A DNA stretch of 64,000 nucleotides from an uncultured Pseudomonadota bacterium (GCA_902763905.1 CACWUA010000001.1:11-64010), one strand, 5' to 3'; positions 49,741 to 59,970 are shown, numbered from the stretch's first letter. Made by a program: numbers and translations. The notes: generated from the letters alone by a model not told the origin.

Positions 49741-51473
49741 ACGTATTTGCCTTCATCTTAAAATATTTGCGCAAAACCAAATTCATGGCTTCGGTCATCG
49801 TTGTGGCGATGATTGTCCGCAGTATTGCCGATAGAGGCGAAGTTTATGCCATGTCGCAGACAATAGGTATATTGCCGGATTACGCCACCGATAAAAGCGT
49901 TCTGAACAAGATTATATTTTATATCGGACTTATGGCCTTCTTTTTGCTGTTGGAAGGCATTACCAATTATATTTGGCGTTATTTCGGCGGCAAATTTCAG
50001 CCGTATTTTTCGAGTTTGATTTATAAAGATCTTTTTGTTGCCGTGCACCATCAATCCATTAATTTTTTTAATATAGAAATGTCGGGAAAAGTTGCATCCA
50101 AAGCCAAAAATATTGTATCCGGAATTCGTGATATTTACGGCAGCGTTTTGTTTGGTTTGCTGCGACCGATAACCGGAATAATTGCCAGTTTGTTCCTAAT
50201 CTGCCGCGCCGATTTATTGATGGGCGGGATTATCAGCGTTTTGAATCTGATTTTTTTGGGCGTAAATGTCGTTATTCGTAAAAAAATCGGCTCATATTCG
50301 GAAAAACGTGCACGCTTTCATGCCGAAGCCGACGGAGTTTTTATCGATACGGTGACCAATTCCGACTTGGTTAAAAGTTTTGCCAATTATTTTTATGAAA
50401 AAGGCTATTTTTACCGTGTTTTGCGCACTGCCGTACGTTCCGAACAGGAAGAACGCACCAAAGACGCATTATATGATTTGCAGGGCAAAACTTTGTTCTA
50501 TATTGTATATTTGGCATCATGCGTTTGCGTGTTTTATTTTTGGTATCTCGGCCGGTTGGAATTGGGTGATGTGGTGATGTCGACATCGCTGATGAACGGT
50601 TTGATGATGGAAATTACCAATATTGGCTTTTTTGCGGGAGAATTTTCACAGGATTACGGACAAGTCAGGGACGGCTTGAACCTGATTTTTCAGCCGTATC
50701 AGGTTAAAGATGCGTCTGATGCTCATAATATAAAAATGCGCGGTCAAGCCGTCAATTTTGATAAAATTACCTATCACTATGAAGATAAAGAAAATCTGTT
50801 TGATAGTTTTAATCTCAAAATTAAGTCCGGCGAAAAAGTCGGTTTGGTCGGTCATTCCGGCAGCGGTAAATCAACACTGATAAAGCTATTGGTGCGTTAT
50901 TATGATGTAAACGGCGGCAAAATTACGGTGGGCGGAGAAGATATATCTAAAGTGCGGCAGAACAGCCTGCGCGCACAAATTGCTGTGATTCCGCAAGATA
51001 CCACGTTGTTTAATCGTACCATAATGGAAAATATTCGCTATGGCAGAATAGACGCTTCTGATGAAGAAGTAATAAAGGCGGCCGAAATGGCCTATGCCGA
51101 TGAATTTATTCGCCGTCTTCCGCACGGATATGACAGCAAGGTCGGCGAGCGCGGCGTTATGCTTTCCGGCGGCGAGCGGCAGCGAATTGCCATTGCCAGA
51201 GCTATTTTGAAAGATTCGCCGATTCTGATTTTGGACGAGGCCACTTCGGCACTTGATAGCGAAAGCGAGCAATATATTCAAAAGTCGCTCAAAAAACTGA
51301 TGAAAAACAAAACGGTAATAGCGATTGCCCATCGGCTTTCCACTTTGCGCGAGATGGATAGGTTGGTGGTGATGGATAACGGCAAAATCATAGAAGAAGG
51401 AAGTCACGATAAACTGTTGGCGGCAAAAGGTGCTTATTACGAATTTTATCAAATCCAAAGTTTGAACAAATAA
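49737..51473 (+). CDS. ABC transporter permease/ATP-binding protein (MsbA-like exporter)
   Basis: Six-TM domain plus NBD motifs: Walker A (GHSGSGKST), signature (LSGGERQR) and Walker B (ILILDEATSALD). Confidence 0.85.
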   Translation: MNVFAFILKYLRKTKFMASVIVVAMIVRSIADRGEVYAMSQTIGILPDYATDKSVLNKIIFYIGLMAFFLLLEGITNYIWRYFGGKFQPYFSSLIYKDLFVAVHHQSINFFNIEMSGKVASKAKNIVSGIRDIYGSVLFGLLRPITGIIASLFLICRADLLMGGIISVLNLIFLGVNVVIRKKIGSYSEKRARFHAEADGVFIDTVTNSDLVKSFANYFYEKGYFYRVLRTAVRSEQEERTKDALYDLQGKTLFYIVYLASCVCVFYFWYLGRLELGDVVMSTSLMNGLMMEITNIGFFAGEFSQDYGQVRDGLNLIFQPYQVKDASDAHNIKMRGQAVNFDKITYHYEDKENLFDSFNLKIKSGEKVGLVGHSGSGKSTLIKLLVRYYDVNGGKITVGGEDISKVRQNSLRAQIAVIPQDTTLFNRTIMENIRYGRIDASDEEVIKAAEMAYADEFIRRLPHGYDSKVGERGVMLSGGERQRIAIARAILKDSPILILDEATSALDSESEQYIQKSLKKLMKNKTVIAIAHRLSTLREMDRLVVMDNGKIIEEGSHDKLLAAKGAYYEFYQIQSLNK

Positions 51474-51627
51474 ATGCAAAAAAATACTTGATTTTTAATA
51501 TAAACCGCATAATATAAACTCAATATGTTGCGACTGCGAAGTGATTCTGCAGTCGGATTTTTTAACCTTAAAGAGGATACCTATATAACAAATATAGGTG
51601 TTTTTTGTTTGATTTTTGGAGGATTAA

Positions 51628-52101
51628 ATGGAAAAGTTTCCGTTGACAAAGACAGGCTATGCCATGTTGGAGCAGGAATTAAAGAGACGTAAGGGAGAGG
51701 ATCGTCCGAGCATTATTGAAGAAATTGCCGAAGCGCGTGCCAAAGGGGATTTATCGGAGAATGCCGAATATTCCGCAGCAAAAGAAAAACAGAGTTTTAA
51801 CGAAGGCCGGATTCAGGAATTGGAAGCGGTTATCAGCCGTGCCCAAGTGATTGACCCGACACAAATGAGCGGCAATATCGTACGTTTCGGCGCTACGGTT
51901 TTGGTGGCTAATGTTGATACCGATGAAGAACGTGAATATCAAATTGTCGGCGATTATGAAGCCGATATCGAAAAAAATAAAATCTCGCTCTCTTCGCCGT
52001 TGGCAAAAGCGCTTATCGGTAAAGAAATCGGCGATATAGCCGAATATCTTGCTCCGTCGGGCAAACGTTCGTACGAAATTTTGCAAGTTAAATGGTTATA
52101 A
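51628..52101 (+). CDS. greA: Transcription elongation factor GreA
   Basis: An N-terminal coiled coil with acidic tip residues and a C-terminal FKBP-like domain; 157 aa. Confidence 0.9.
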   Translation: MEKFPLTKTGYAMLEQELKRRKGEDRPSIIEEIAEARAKGDLSENAEYSAAKEKQSFNEGRIQELEAVISRAQVIDPTQMSGNIVRFGATVLVANVDTDEEREYQIVGDYEADIEKNKISLSSPLAKALIGKEIGDIAEYLAPSGKRSYEILQVKWL

Positions 52102-52108
52102 ACCTTTA

Positions 52109-52133
52109 AGGCCCTCTTTTGAGGGCTTTTTTC
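52109..52133 (+). terminator. Rho-independent terminator after greA
   Basis: GCCCTC-tttt-GAGGGC followed by TTTTTTC. Confidence 0.7.
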
Positions 52134-52199
52134 TTATTATTATGCGCATACTTAAAATCGTTCTTGCCAATTATAAAAAAATAAAATAACTTATAAACA

Positions 52200-52412
52200 G
52201 GTTGTGTTCCTTAGAAAAGAATACGACCGAGGGCTTAGAAAACCCTTTATACAACCAGTCATGGATCCATGACTTTAAATAACAGTGACTGACAATACGT
52301 CTTTGTTGGACGGATGTCGGCTTAATAAGGCTTTGCGCGCGAAAACGTCGAGCCGTCTGGTTGTATACGGTTTTCTAACATCCGCCCGCCTCAAAACGCG
52401 GGCTTTTTTGTA
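52200..52412 (+). ncRNA. Candidate structured RNA or leader with a long-range stem, internal palindrome and intrinsic terminator
   Basis: AGAAAACC..TATACAACCAG (52239-52260) pairs with CTGGTTGTATA..GGTTTTCT (52357-52376). The 16-bp palindrome GTCATGGATCCATGAC lies in between. The 3' end is GCCCGC-ctcaaaac-GCGGGC + T6 (52385-52412). It sits directly upstream of the glycosyltransferase gene RBS. Confidence 0.3.
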
Positions 52413-52430
52413 ACCAAAAGGACGTTAGAA

Positions 52431-53939
52431 ATGAGTATAGATAGTGAAAAAATCGGAAAACCCAAAGTTTCCGTCTTAATGCCGGTTTATAAAACACCGG
52501 AAAATTATTTGAAAGAAGCGATTGAAAGTATTTTAAATCAAACTTTTAGCGATTTTGAATTTTTAATTCTGGACGATTGTCCCGAGCAATCAGTCGAAAA
52601 TATTGTAAAATCATATAGGGATAAACGCATAATATATGCTAAAAATCAGCATAATATGGGGATATCGACAACCCGCAACAAATTGATGAGTATGGCAAGA
52701 GGGGAATATCTTGCAATTATGGATCATGATGATGTCGCTTTGCCCGAGCGTTTTGCCAAAGAGGTGGAATTTCTGGATTTGCATCAGGATGTGGGGGTGG
52801 TTGGTACTTGGTATGAACGATTTCCCCGCACAAAAATTAAAAAGAGGTATATAATAAACAGCCAAATCGAGCGCGATTTAATGTATAATTGCAGTATCTT
52901 GCATCCGTCGGCGATGATTAGAAAATCGGTTTTGACAGATAATAATATTTGTTACGAAGCCGAATTTTCTCCAGCTGAAGACTATCGTTTATGGACACGG
53001 CTCATTGGCAAAACCAAATTCGCCAACATACCGGAGGTTTTGCAAAAATATCGTGAATATGTCGGTAACACTTCTAAAACGCAATCTCAAAAAATGCGGG
53101 AATCCACCCTTAAGATACATAAACTCTTAATTCAGGAACACCCGCAATTAGCACAAAGAAGTGCTCTTGTGCAAACATATAAAATATGCGGTATTCCGCT
53201 GTATAGGCGCAAGTATAAAGGTTGCATCATCAAAGATTCTTATTGCGGATTGATTAAAAGAACTTATCACGAGCCGATTATGATGTTTGATACTTCGACT
53301 TTACCGATTTATATAATCAACTTTAATCGTTTATCTTATTTAAAAAAGATGATAGAAATGCTTGAAAAATATGGTTTACATAATATTCACATCATTGATA
53401 ATGCTTCAACTTATCCGCCGATGTTGGAATATTTAAAACAAACACCGTACACAGTACATTATATGCAAAAAAATCAAGGACACATGGTGTTCTTTTGGAA
53501 CGATGAATTTAAGAGTGTACGTGAAAATAAATATTATGTTTTAACAGATCCTGATGTTATAGCCATTGAAGATTGTCCGTCTGACTTTATGGATTATTTT
53601 TATCTGCTTTTGCAACAATATCCAGAATTCAATAAGGTGGGGTTTTCGCTTAAAACGGACGATATAACCGGAACGCCGGAAGCTACGGAATTGCTAATCA
53701 AATGGGAAAAAATATTCTATAAAAAGCGCTTGAATCGGTTAAAACCGTATATTTATAACTCTTCAATTGATACTACTTTTGCTATGTATCGCCCGCAGAA
53801 AGAATGGAAAAATAAAGATTTTTATAAGGCGATTCGCACCGGATATCCGTATGAAGCGCGCCATTTGCCGTGGTATAAAAATTTATATGATTTATCGGAA
53901 GAAGACAAATTTTATAATAAGACGGATTGTGGCAGCTGA
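52431..53939 (+). CDS. Two-domain glycosyltransferase (N-terminal GT2 domain plus a second GT-A-like C-terminal domain)
   Basis: The N-terminus VSVLMPVYKTPENYLKEAIESILNQTFSDFEFLILDD..IMDHDD is GT2 with a DxD motif. The C-terminal half has a second IINFNRLSYL..IIDNAS..TDPD pattern. Confidence 0.7.
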   Translation: MSIDSEKIGKPKVSVLMPVYKTPENYLKEAIESILNQTFSDFEFLILDDCPEQSVENIVKSYRDKRIIYAKNQHNMGISTTRNKLMSMARGEYLAIMDHDDVALPERFAKEVEFLDLHQDVGVVGTWYERFPRTKIKKRYIINSQIERDLMYNCSILHPSAMIRKSVLTDNNICYEAEFSPAEDYRLWTRLIGKTKFANIPEVLQKYREYVGNTSKTQSQKMRESTLKIHKLLIQEHPQLAQRSALVQTYKICGIPLYRRKYKGCIIKDSYCGLIKRTYHEPIMMFDTSTLPIYIINFNRLSYLKKMIEMLEKYGLHNIHIIDNASTYPPMLEYLKQTPYTVHYMQKNQGHMVFFWNDEFKSVRENKYYVLTDPDVIAIEDCPSDFMDYFYLLLQQYPEFNKVGFSLKTDDITGTPEATELLIKWEKIFYKKRLNRLKPYIYNSSIDTTFAMYRPQKEWKNKDFYKAIRTGYPYEARHLPWYKNLYDLSEEDKFYNKTDCGS

Positions 53940-54194
53940 AATTGGAACAGCGTTCTCGGCTTGGAGCGCATCAGAGATTGTCTGGTTAGTAAGAGAGTTG
54001 ACCATTGGTGGGAAAATATATTTTCAATTAAAAAATCATATCGGCGCACCATTATTCGCATCTTCGGTATAAAAATAACACTTAACAAAGATATGCGAGG
54101 TGATTAGACATACGCAATCAAAAACAAATAATGCTTGCAAAAAGCGTCAAATGTCATATATTCAAGCCAGTTTAATATTTTTTAGGAGATAAAT

Positions 54195-55244
54195 ATGGCT
54201 TTAGTTTCTATGCGTCAGATTCTTGACGATGCGGCCGAGCACAATTACGGTGTTCCGGCATTTAATATCAACAATATGGAACAAATTATCGCCGTAATGC
54301 AGGCGGCGCAAAAAGTAAACGCTCCGGTGATTATGCAAACTTCTACCGGCGCGCGCAAATATGCCGGCGACCCGATGATTCGTCATATGATGGCCGCCGC
54401 TATCGAAATGTTTCCGAATATTCCGGTATGCGTTCACCAAGACCACGGGACTTCGGTTGATATTTGCCAATCGGCAATCGTTAACGGCTATTCGTCGGTA
54501 ATGATGGACGGTTCGCTCGAAACTGACGGTAAAACTCCGGCCTCTTTTGAATATAACGTTCGCGTAACTCAAGAGGTTGTGGCTCGTGCTCACGCCGTCG
54601 GCGCTTCGGTTGAAGGTGAGTTGGGTGTTATCGGTTCTCTCGAAACCGGCAAAGCCGATAAGGAAGACGGTATCGGAGCCGAAGGCAAACTCGACCGCAA
54701 GCGTTTGGTAACAGATCCGGATGAAGCTGCCGAATTTGTGGCGCTCACTCATTTGGATGCCTTGGCAGTGGCTGTCGGTACTTCGCATGGTGCTTATAAA
54801 TTCACGCGCAAGCCTGACGGCGAAATCTTAGCCATCGACGTGATTGAAAAAATTCATGCCAAATTGCCGAATACACACCTCGTAATGCACGGTTCTTCGT
54901 CTGTTCCGCAAGAATTGCAAGATTTAATCAATGCTTATGGCGGCCAGATTCCGCAGACCTACGGTGTGCCGATGGAAGAAATCGTTCGCGGCATTAAATC
55001 CGGCGTGCGCAAAGTCAATGTCGATACCGATTCGCGTATGGCAATCACCGGTGCGATTCGCAAAGTTTATGCCGAAAAACCGTCGGAATTTGATCCGCGT
55101 AAATATCTCAAACCGGCAATTGAAGAAATGCAAAAAGTTTGCGAAGAACGCTATATTGCCTTCGGTGCGGCCGGTTACGGCGATAAAATCAAGCCGATTA
55201 AACTTTCGGATATGGCAAAGCGTTACGCCGCCGGCGAAATTTAA
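54195..55244 (+). CDS. fba: Fructose-bisphosphate aldolase, class II
   Basis: The N-terminus [30 protein letters not shown] and the class II FBA zinc-binding His pattern (HQDHG, HGSSSV). Confidence 0.9.
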   Translation: MALVSMRQILDDAAEHNYGVPAFNINNMEQIIAVMQAAQKVNAPVIMQTSTGARKYAGDPMIRHMMAAAIEMFPNIPVCVHQDHGTSVDICQSAIVNGYSSVMMDGSLETDGKTPASFEYNVRVTQEVVARAHAVGASVEGELGVIGSLETGKADKEDGIGAEGKLDRKRLVTDPDEAAEFVALTHLDALAVAVGTSHGAYKFTRKPDGEILAIDVIEKIHAKLPNTHLVMHGSSSVPQELQDLINAYGGQIPQTYGVPMEEIVRGIKSGVRKVNVDTDSRMAITGAIRKVYAEKPSEFDPRKYLKPAIEEMQKVCEERYIAFGAAGYGDKIKPIKLSDMAKRYAAGEI

Positions 55245-55261
55245 TCGTTACCATAATAAAA

Positions 55262-55301
55262 AACAAAACCCGTCGAAGAAATTCGGCGGGCTTTATTTTT
55301 T
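55262..55301. terminator. Bidirectional intrinsic terminator between fba (+) and atpF (-)
   Basis: CCCGTCGAA-gaaa-TTCGGCGGG stem (one G·U) flanked by an A-run and a T-run. Confidence 0.6.
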
Positions 55302-55314
55302 ATTGTATTATAAA

Positions 55315-55962
55315 TTAAGAAGCAAATTTATCCAACTCTGTAATTGCCTCATCAATCAGTTGGCTCTTATCTGCATTTTGCAAATAGCGGTTAATGGTTT
55401 TCTGAGCCAAATCCACGGAAACTTTGCTTGCCGATAGATTTATTTCTCCTTGCGCTTTTTGAGTAGAGGCCAATATGCGCCGTTCCGCTTCTTTTTCTTT
55501 GTCTTTTAACTCATTTTTCAAATTAGCTAACTCGCGTTTTTTTAGATTCTCCAAACTGATTTTTGATTTCTGCACAATTTGTTCTGCTTCTTTTTGTGCG
55601 TCAACAAATTTTCGTTCGTAGTCAGCCAGCAGAATTTGGGCATCATCACGCAGTTTAGCAGCATCATCAATGTCCTGCACCACCTTGTCGATACGATTAT
55701 GCAAGGAACTACGTATAACTTTTGACAGAGGTTTCAGCAAAAGCAACACCGCAAGCACAAATGCCATTGCCACCCAAAATTCCACTTCGGCATAAAACGG
55801 AACCTCATGAATTTCCGCAGCCACGTTTTTGCCTACAGAAATCACTTCGGATACGTTTTCGGCTGCGTCCATAATGATATTTTGTGTGGCATCAATTATT
55901 TCTTGACCGGCTGAGATGGCAGCAGCACCGTCATCTGTTTCCGCTATAATTTCTTCATTCAT
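55315..55962 (-). CDS. atpF: F0F1 ATP synthase subunit b (with an ~50-aa acidic N-terminal extension)
   Basis: A TM helix (FWVAMAFVLAVLLLL) followed by a long charged helix. The start overlaps the b' stop by 8 nt. It is the last gene of the atpI-B-E-F'-F operon. Confidence 0.8.
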   Translation of the reverse strand: MNEEIIAETDDGAAAISAGQEIIDATQNIIMDAAENVSEVISVGKNVAAEIHEVPFYAEVEFWVAMAFVLAVLLLLKPLSKVIRSSLHNRIDKVVQDIDDAAKLRDDAQILLADYERKFVDAQKEAEQIVQKSKISLENLKKRELANLKNELKDKEKEAERRILASTQKAQGEINLSASKVSVDLAQKTINRYLQNADKSQLIDEAITELDKFAS

Positions 55963-56443
55963 GCGTTTTTCCCTTTAGAGCTTGCATAGAAACATCCTCT
56001 TTGCTGATTTGCGAGAAACCGAGCTTTTGCACAATTTCGTATGCCAAATCAACGGCAATGGTTTCAATTTGTTGCAAGGTGTCCTTCTTTTCTTTCGCCA
56101 AAGTGAATTCGTTATCGGCAATTTTCTTATTGAGACGCTGCGATAAATCAGCCTCGGCATTGTGCAAATAGCGATTTAATTCATCTTTGCCTTTTTGCAT
56201 TTCGGCTTGCGATGTTTGTTCTGCTTGCATTAAAACCGCGTGATACTTTTCAAGCGATTCTTTTGCTTGCTTATTCAAAGCATCGGCCTTTTGGATATAC
56301 TCATCGATTTTACGCTTGCGCTGCTCTGTTATATCGGCTATTTTCGGAATCACAAAAAACGAAAGCAGAGCCCACAGGGTGCAAAAGCAGACGAGCATCC
56401 AAAAGAACTGCGAAATATACGATGACGGATCTAATTGCGGCAT
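55955..56443 (-). CDS. atpG: F0F1 ATP synthase subunit b'
   Basis: An MPQLDPSSYISQ N-terminus followed by a single TM and then a coiled coil, which is the typical alphaproteobacterial b' arrangement. Confidence 0.8.
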   Translation of the reverse strand: MPQLDPSSYISQFFWMLVCFCTLWALLSFFVIPKIADITEQRKRKIDEYIQKADALNKQAKESLEKYHAVLMQAEQTSQAEMQKGKDELNRYLHNAEADLSQRLNKKIADNEFTLAKEKKDTLQQIETIAVDLAYEIVQKLGFSQISKEDVSMQALKGKTHE

Positions 56444-56464
56444 AGTATATCCTTTGGTTAGTTA

Positions 56465-56701
56465 TTACAAAATCATCAACAGAGCGATAACCAGAATGTA
56501 CAAAGCGATGGATTCGATAGTACCCATTCCGAGGAAGCCGAAAACGGTTACGTCTTTCTTGACTTGCGGGTTGCGACCAACCGTTTCAATCAAAGAAGTC
56601 CAAAGTTTAGTCAAACCCCAAGCGGCAACACTCATGCCCAAAGCGCAGATACCGGCGGCGATGAATGCCAAAGACTTGTCTTGTAAAATTTCGTTTTCCA
56701 T
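56465..56701 (-). CDS. atpE: F0F1 ATP synthase subunit c
   Basis: A 78-aa two-helix proteolipid with the conserved GLGMGTIESIALY pattern. Confidence 0.9.
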   Translation of the reverse strand: MENEILQDKSLAFIAAGICALGMSVAAWGLTKLWTSLIETVGRNPQVKKDVTVFGFLGMGTIESIALYILVIALLMIL

Positions 56702-56731
56702 TTTTTTATCCTTTCGTTAAAGTTAGTTAAA

Positions 56732-57457
56732 TTATTCTTCGTTGCTGATTGCCTGACTCAGGTAAACGCAGCTCAAAATTGTATATATGTAAGCTTGCAA
56801 TAAAGCTATAAACATTTCAAACATAATGATACACATATCCGCAATTAACGGTATAAAACCGAAAAATTGCATAGCAATGATAAATGTACCCAAAACTTTC
56901 AGCATAATATGACCGACAGACATGTTGATGGCAAGACGCAGCGTCAGACTGAACGGTTTGGCCAATAGTGAAAGAGTTTCCACCGGAATAATCATCGGAG
57001 CCATAAATATCGGCAATCCTTCCGGACAAAAAGTATGAAAATAGGAGAGACCGCGATGCTTAATTCCCAAAATTATATTCAGCACAAAACAAAACATTGA
57101 AAGTGTGCCGACAGCGGCAATATGCGAAGTAAAGGTAAAGCTGTATGGGAACAATCCCAACAGGTTGCCGAAAGCTACAAACACAAATAGCGTAAATACA
57201 AACGCTACAAATTTAACTCCTTCTTTGCCCAATGTTTCACCGATAATACTTTGCACAAAATCATAAATAGCCTCAGAAAATGCTTGTCCCATCGTCGGTA
57301 CTATACTGCGCTTTCGCAAACACAGACACAGTCCGAAAAATATTACCGCTACCGTAATTACCATACATAAAGAAGAGTTTGTGAAAGATATATCAGTCCC
57401 GTTTATATCAATCGGAAATATTTTTTTAATTTCAAACTGTTCCAAAGGGTTTTCCAT
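56732..57457 (-). CDS. atpB: F0F1 ATP synthase subunit a
   Basis: Five-TM subunit a with the conserved TLRLAINMSVGH region. Confidence 0.9.
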   Translation of the reverse strand: MENPLEQFEIKKIFPIDINGTDISFTNSSLCMVITVAVIFFGLCLCLRKRSIVPTMGQAFSEAIYDFVQSIIGETLGKEGVKFVAFVFTLFVFVAFGNLLGLFPYSFTFTSHIAAVGTLSMFCFVLNIILGIKHRGLSYFHTFCPEGLPIFMAPMIIPVETLSLLAKPFSLTLRLAINMSVGHIMLKVLGTFIIAMQFFGFIPLIADMCIIMFEMFIALLQAYIYTILSCVYLSQAISNEE

Positions 57458-57462
57458 CTGAA

Positions 57463-57768
57463 CTACTCCTTATTCATATCTTTATCAACTTGTTGTGCCG
57501 CGCGATATAAGTTAAGCGTTCCGGCCGCAACTCCAAACATCGCCAAAACCAGCATTCCTATTGGTTTTGAACCGAAAAGTCTGTCAAATACATAACCGAT
57601 GCACAAGCCAACAATAACCGGTGCTGCAAAATCTGCCGCCATTCGAAATGCGTATTCACAGAACGAACGCAAACGAGAATATTTAGGCTTCGCGCTTTGC
57701 AACGATTTTGTTTTCAGATTGCGAATGCGTTTGTCTATCTCTTGAATGTCATTTGGTAAGTTGTTCAT
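57463..57768 (-). CDS. atpI: ATP synthase protein I-like small membrane protein
   Basis: The ORF is 101 aa with two TM helices and lies immediately upstream of atpB in the canonical alphaproteobacterial F0 operon position. Confidence 0.55.
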   Translation of the reverse strand: MNNLPNDIQEIDKRIRNLKTKSLQSAKPKYSRLRSFCEYAFRMAADFAAPVIVGLCIGYVFDRLFGSKPIGMLVLAMFGVAAGTLNLYRAAQQVDKDMNKE

Positions 57769-57777
57769 TCTCGATTC

Positions 57778-58545
57778 CTAATTATGCAGTCGCATCAGCC
57801 GGTTGTCCAAATATTCTTTAAATGATGAATAGCTGACAGCACCGTAAATAATTTCATTCCCGTCCGCACCGCTGATTAAAAATGCCGGTGTCCCTTGCAT
57901 GTTAAGTTGCTTAAGTGCTTCGTGCCTGGTTGTTACGATGTCAGATGCTTTCTTCTTATCTTTAATACATGCCTGAGCTTCGTCATAGCTCAAGCCGAAT
58001 TGCGTCGCGTAACGCAGCAAGCGCTCGTCTTTGTCATCCATCCACCAAGAACGTTGATTATAAAACAGTTCGTCTAAGAAACCGGCGTAATTATCATAAG
58101 TCATACACTCTGACAACAACGCCGCTTTCATCGAATTTTTATCGAGAGGAAAATTAACAAATATTACCCTCAGCAAGCCCTTATCCACATATTCTCTGAC
58201 GATGAAAGGCATTATATCCAGATGAAAATCGGCACAATGTGGACAGGTGAGTGAGGAATATTCAAACATTGTCAACGGAGCACTTGCGGAACCTACGGCA
58301 TATTTTTGCGAAGCGTTGATAGCAATGTCTTTCGGCAAAACAACGGCAATACCGTTGTATTCAGCGGCATCAGCTATTTGCTTTTTTAAGACAACCGTCC
58401 CGTTTTCATAAACAAATCCTTTGTAATTAAAATAAATCACGGCGGATAAACAGAACATTACAATCAAAGAAAGTGTGTTACTTATTTTCTTTACTATTTC
58501 CTCCACAATATCACTCCTGACGGTTGTTATCGGCATAAACGGCAC
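57778..58545 (-). CDS. dsbA: DsbA-family thiol:disulfide interchange protein
   Basis: A thioredoxin fold with a CPHC active site (SSLTCPHCADFH) and an N-terminal membrane anchor or signal. Confidence 0.75.
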   Translation of the reverse strand: MPFMPITTVRSDIVEEIVKKISNTLSLIVMFCLSAVIYFNYKGFVYENGTVVLKKQIADAAEYNGIAVVLPKDIAINASQKYAVGSASAPLTMFEYSSLTCPHCADFHLDIMPFIVREYVDKGLLRVIFVNFPLDKNSMKAALLSECMTYDNYAGFLDELFYNQRSWWMDDKDERLLRYATQFGLSYDEAQACIKDKKKASDIVTTRHEALKQLNMQGTPAFLISGADGNEIIYGAVSYSSFKEYLDNRLMRLHN

Positions 58546-59038
58546 GTCCCAGTTTTTCGATTGCTTCGCGCAGATCGGGACGCTTAATATTTTTAACTAA
58601 TTCGGTAATATATGATTCTTCATCGGCAGATACAACAGTTTTTTTCACTTTATCAATCGGTTTTTTACCGATGGAAAAGTTCTCAGGTTTGTCATTTTGC
58701 AATATCTTAATTTTGCTTATGGCTTGATAACCGAAAAAAGCATTGATTTGAGCCATGATTTTTGCTTCGTTTTGTTTTATTTCCATGGCAAAGGCACCGG
58801 CCGGAACCGCAATTGTCAAACAGCCGTCGCTCCGCATGTTTTTGGGAAAAACCAATTTTTGCGGCAAACTGTATTGAGCAATTTGCATACCGACAATGCT
58901 GTCCCACGAGGATAATAGTTCTGCCTGCATAAATCCGTTTGCTCCCAAAAGCTGACGGGTAATCGGCAACGCGGTTTGGGCAATGCTGGTCAAGCCTTTG
59001 GCATTGTGTTCCGTATTTATGGTAATTTTACGAGCCAT
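58511..59038 (-). CDS. DUF721-domain protein (DciA-like)
   Basis: The N-terminal ~100 aa (W..IVG..IA..S.P..L....L.I.V) fit the DUF721 pattern found in DciA replicative-helicase operators. The gene abuts xerD. Confidence 0.5.
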   Translation of the reverse strand: MARKITINTEHNAKGLTSIAQTALPITRQLLGANGFMQAELLSSWDSIVGMQIAQYSLPQKLVFPKNMRSDGCLTIAVPAGAFAMEIKQNEAKIMAQINAFFGYQAISKIKILQNDKPENFSIGKKPIDKVKKTVVSADEESYITELVKNIKRPDLREAIEKLGRAVYADNNRQE

Positions 59039-59968
59039 TTATTTTGTATCCTTTTTTGTGATTGTTTCGGTGTATCGCATCAGCGGGTGCTTTTGACATA
59101 TTGTGTTAAATAATTTTTGCGACGTAATATGGGTATAAATTTCCGTAGTTGTTATGTTTTCGTGTCCGAGCATTTTTTGAACTGAGCGTAAATCAGCATC
59201 ATTATTGAGTAAGTGCGTGGCAAACGAATGACGTAATACGTGCGGGGAAATTCGTGACGGATAAATACCGCATTCCGCAGCCAATTTTTTTAAGTCTTTG
59301 TAGAAAGCATCGCGGGTAAAATGCCCGTCTGCAGCGGTTAATGATGGAAAAAGATAGTTGGATGGCACGTTTTTGTTTATAAATTTTTGCCGTAAACTTT
59401 CGTATTTTTTTAATGTGTTGATGGAACTCGCTGCAACCGGTACGATGCGCTCTTTGCTGCCTTTGCCGAAAATTGTAACCTGACCTTTGCTGAAATTGAT
59501 TGCCGTCAACGGCAGTGCCACCAATTCGGAAACACGCATTCCGGTTGCATACATCAAATCCATCATAACTGCGATTCGCTGAATACGATAGTCCTCACTT
59601 GCGGCTGCGGTCTCTGTCAGTAGCTTAATTTCATCTACCGTCAAATATTTCGGCAGTGGTTTTTCCTGCTTTGGGGTTAAAATATTTTGCGCCGGATTTT
59701 CGTTGATAATCTTTTCGGAATATAAAAATTTGCAAAATTCTTTTATCACCGATAGTTTTCGAGCAATAGACTTCGGAGCGAACAGCTGTGTATGCAGATA
59801 TTGCATGTATGCTTCAATGCTTTGTTTGGTTATTTGGACGGCATCTTCAAAATTACCGTGCAGCAAAAATTGTTGCAAGTCATGTTCGTACGCGGCAATT
59901 GAGTTGCGGGCAGCACCTTTTTCAGCCGCCATCATCTGCAAAAAATTATCAATATGTTGTCCGAGCAT
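59039..59968 (-). CDS. xerD: Site-specific tyrosine recombinase XerD
   Basis: The N-terminal core-binding domain and the C-terminal catalytic R..HxxR..Y motifs (LRHSFATHLL...TEIYTHI) are present. Confidence 0.85.
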   Translation of the reverse strand: MLGQHIDNFLQMMAAEKGAARNSIAAYEHDLQQFLLHGNFEDAVQITKQSIEAYMQYLHTQLFAPKSIARKLSVIKEFCKFLYSEKIINENPAQNILTPKQEKPLPKYLTVDEIKLLTETAAASEDYRIQRIAVMMDLMYATGMRVSELVALPLTAINFSKGQVTIFGKGSKERIVPVAASSINTLKKYESLRQKFINKNVPSNYLFPSLTAADGHFTRDAFYKDLKKLAAECGIYPSRISPHVLRHSFATHLLNNDADLRSVQKMLGHENITTTEIYTHITSQKLFNTICQKHPLMRYTETITKKDTK

Positions 59969-59970
59969 GC

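Noticed and set aside
53767-54072. 101-aa + strand ORF overlapping the 3' end of the glycosyltransferase gene and the fba promoter region
   Set aside because: It is out of frame with the GT gene, has no Shine-Dalgarno and has a Lys/Ile/Arg low-complexity composition. Spurious.
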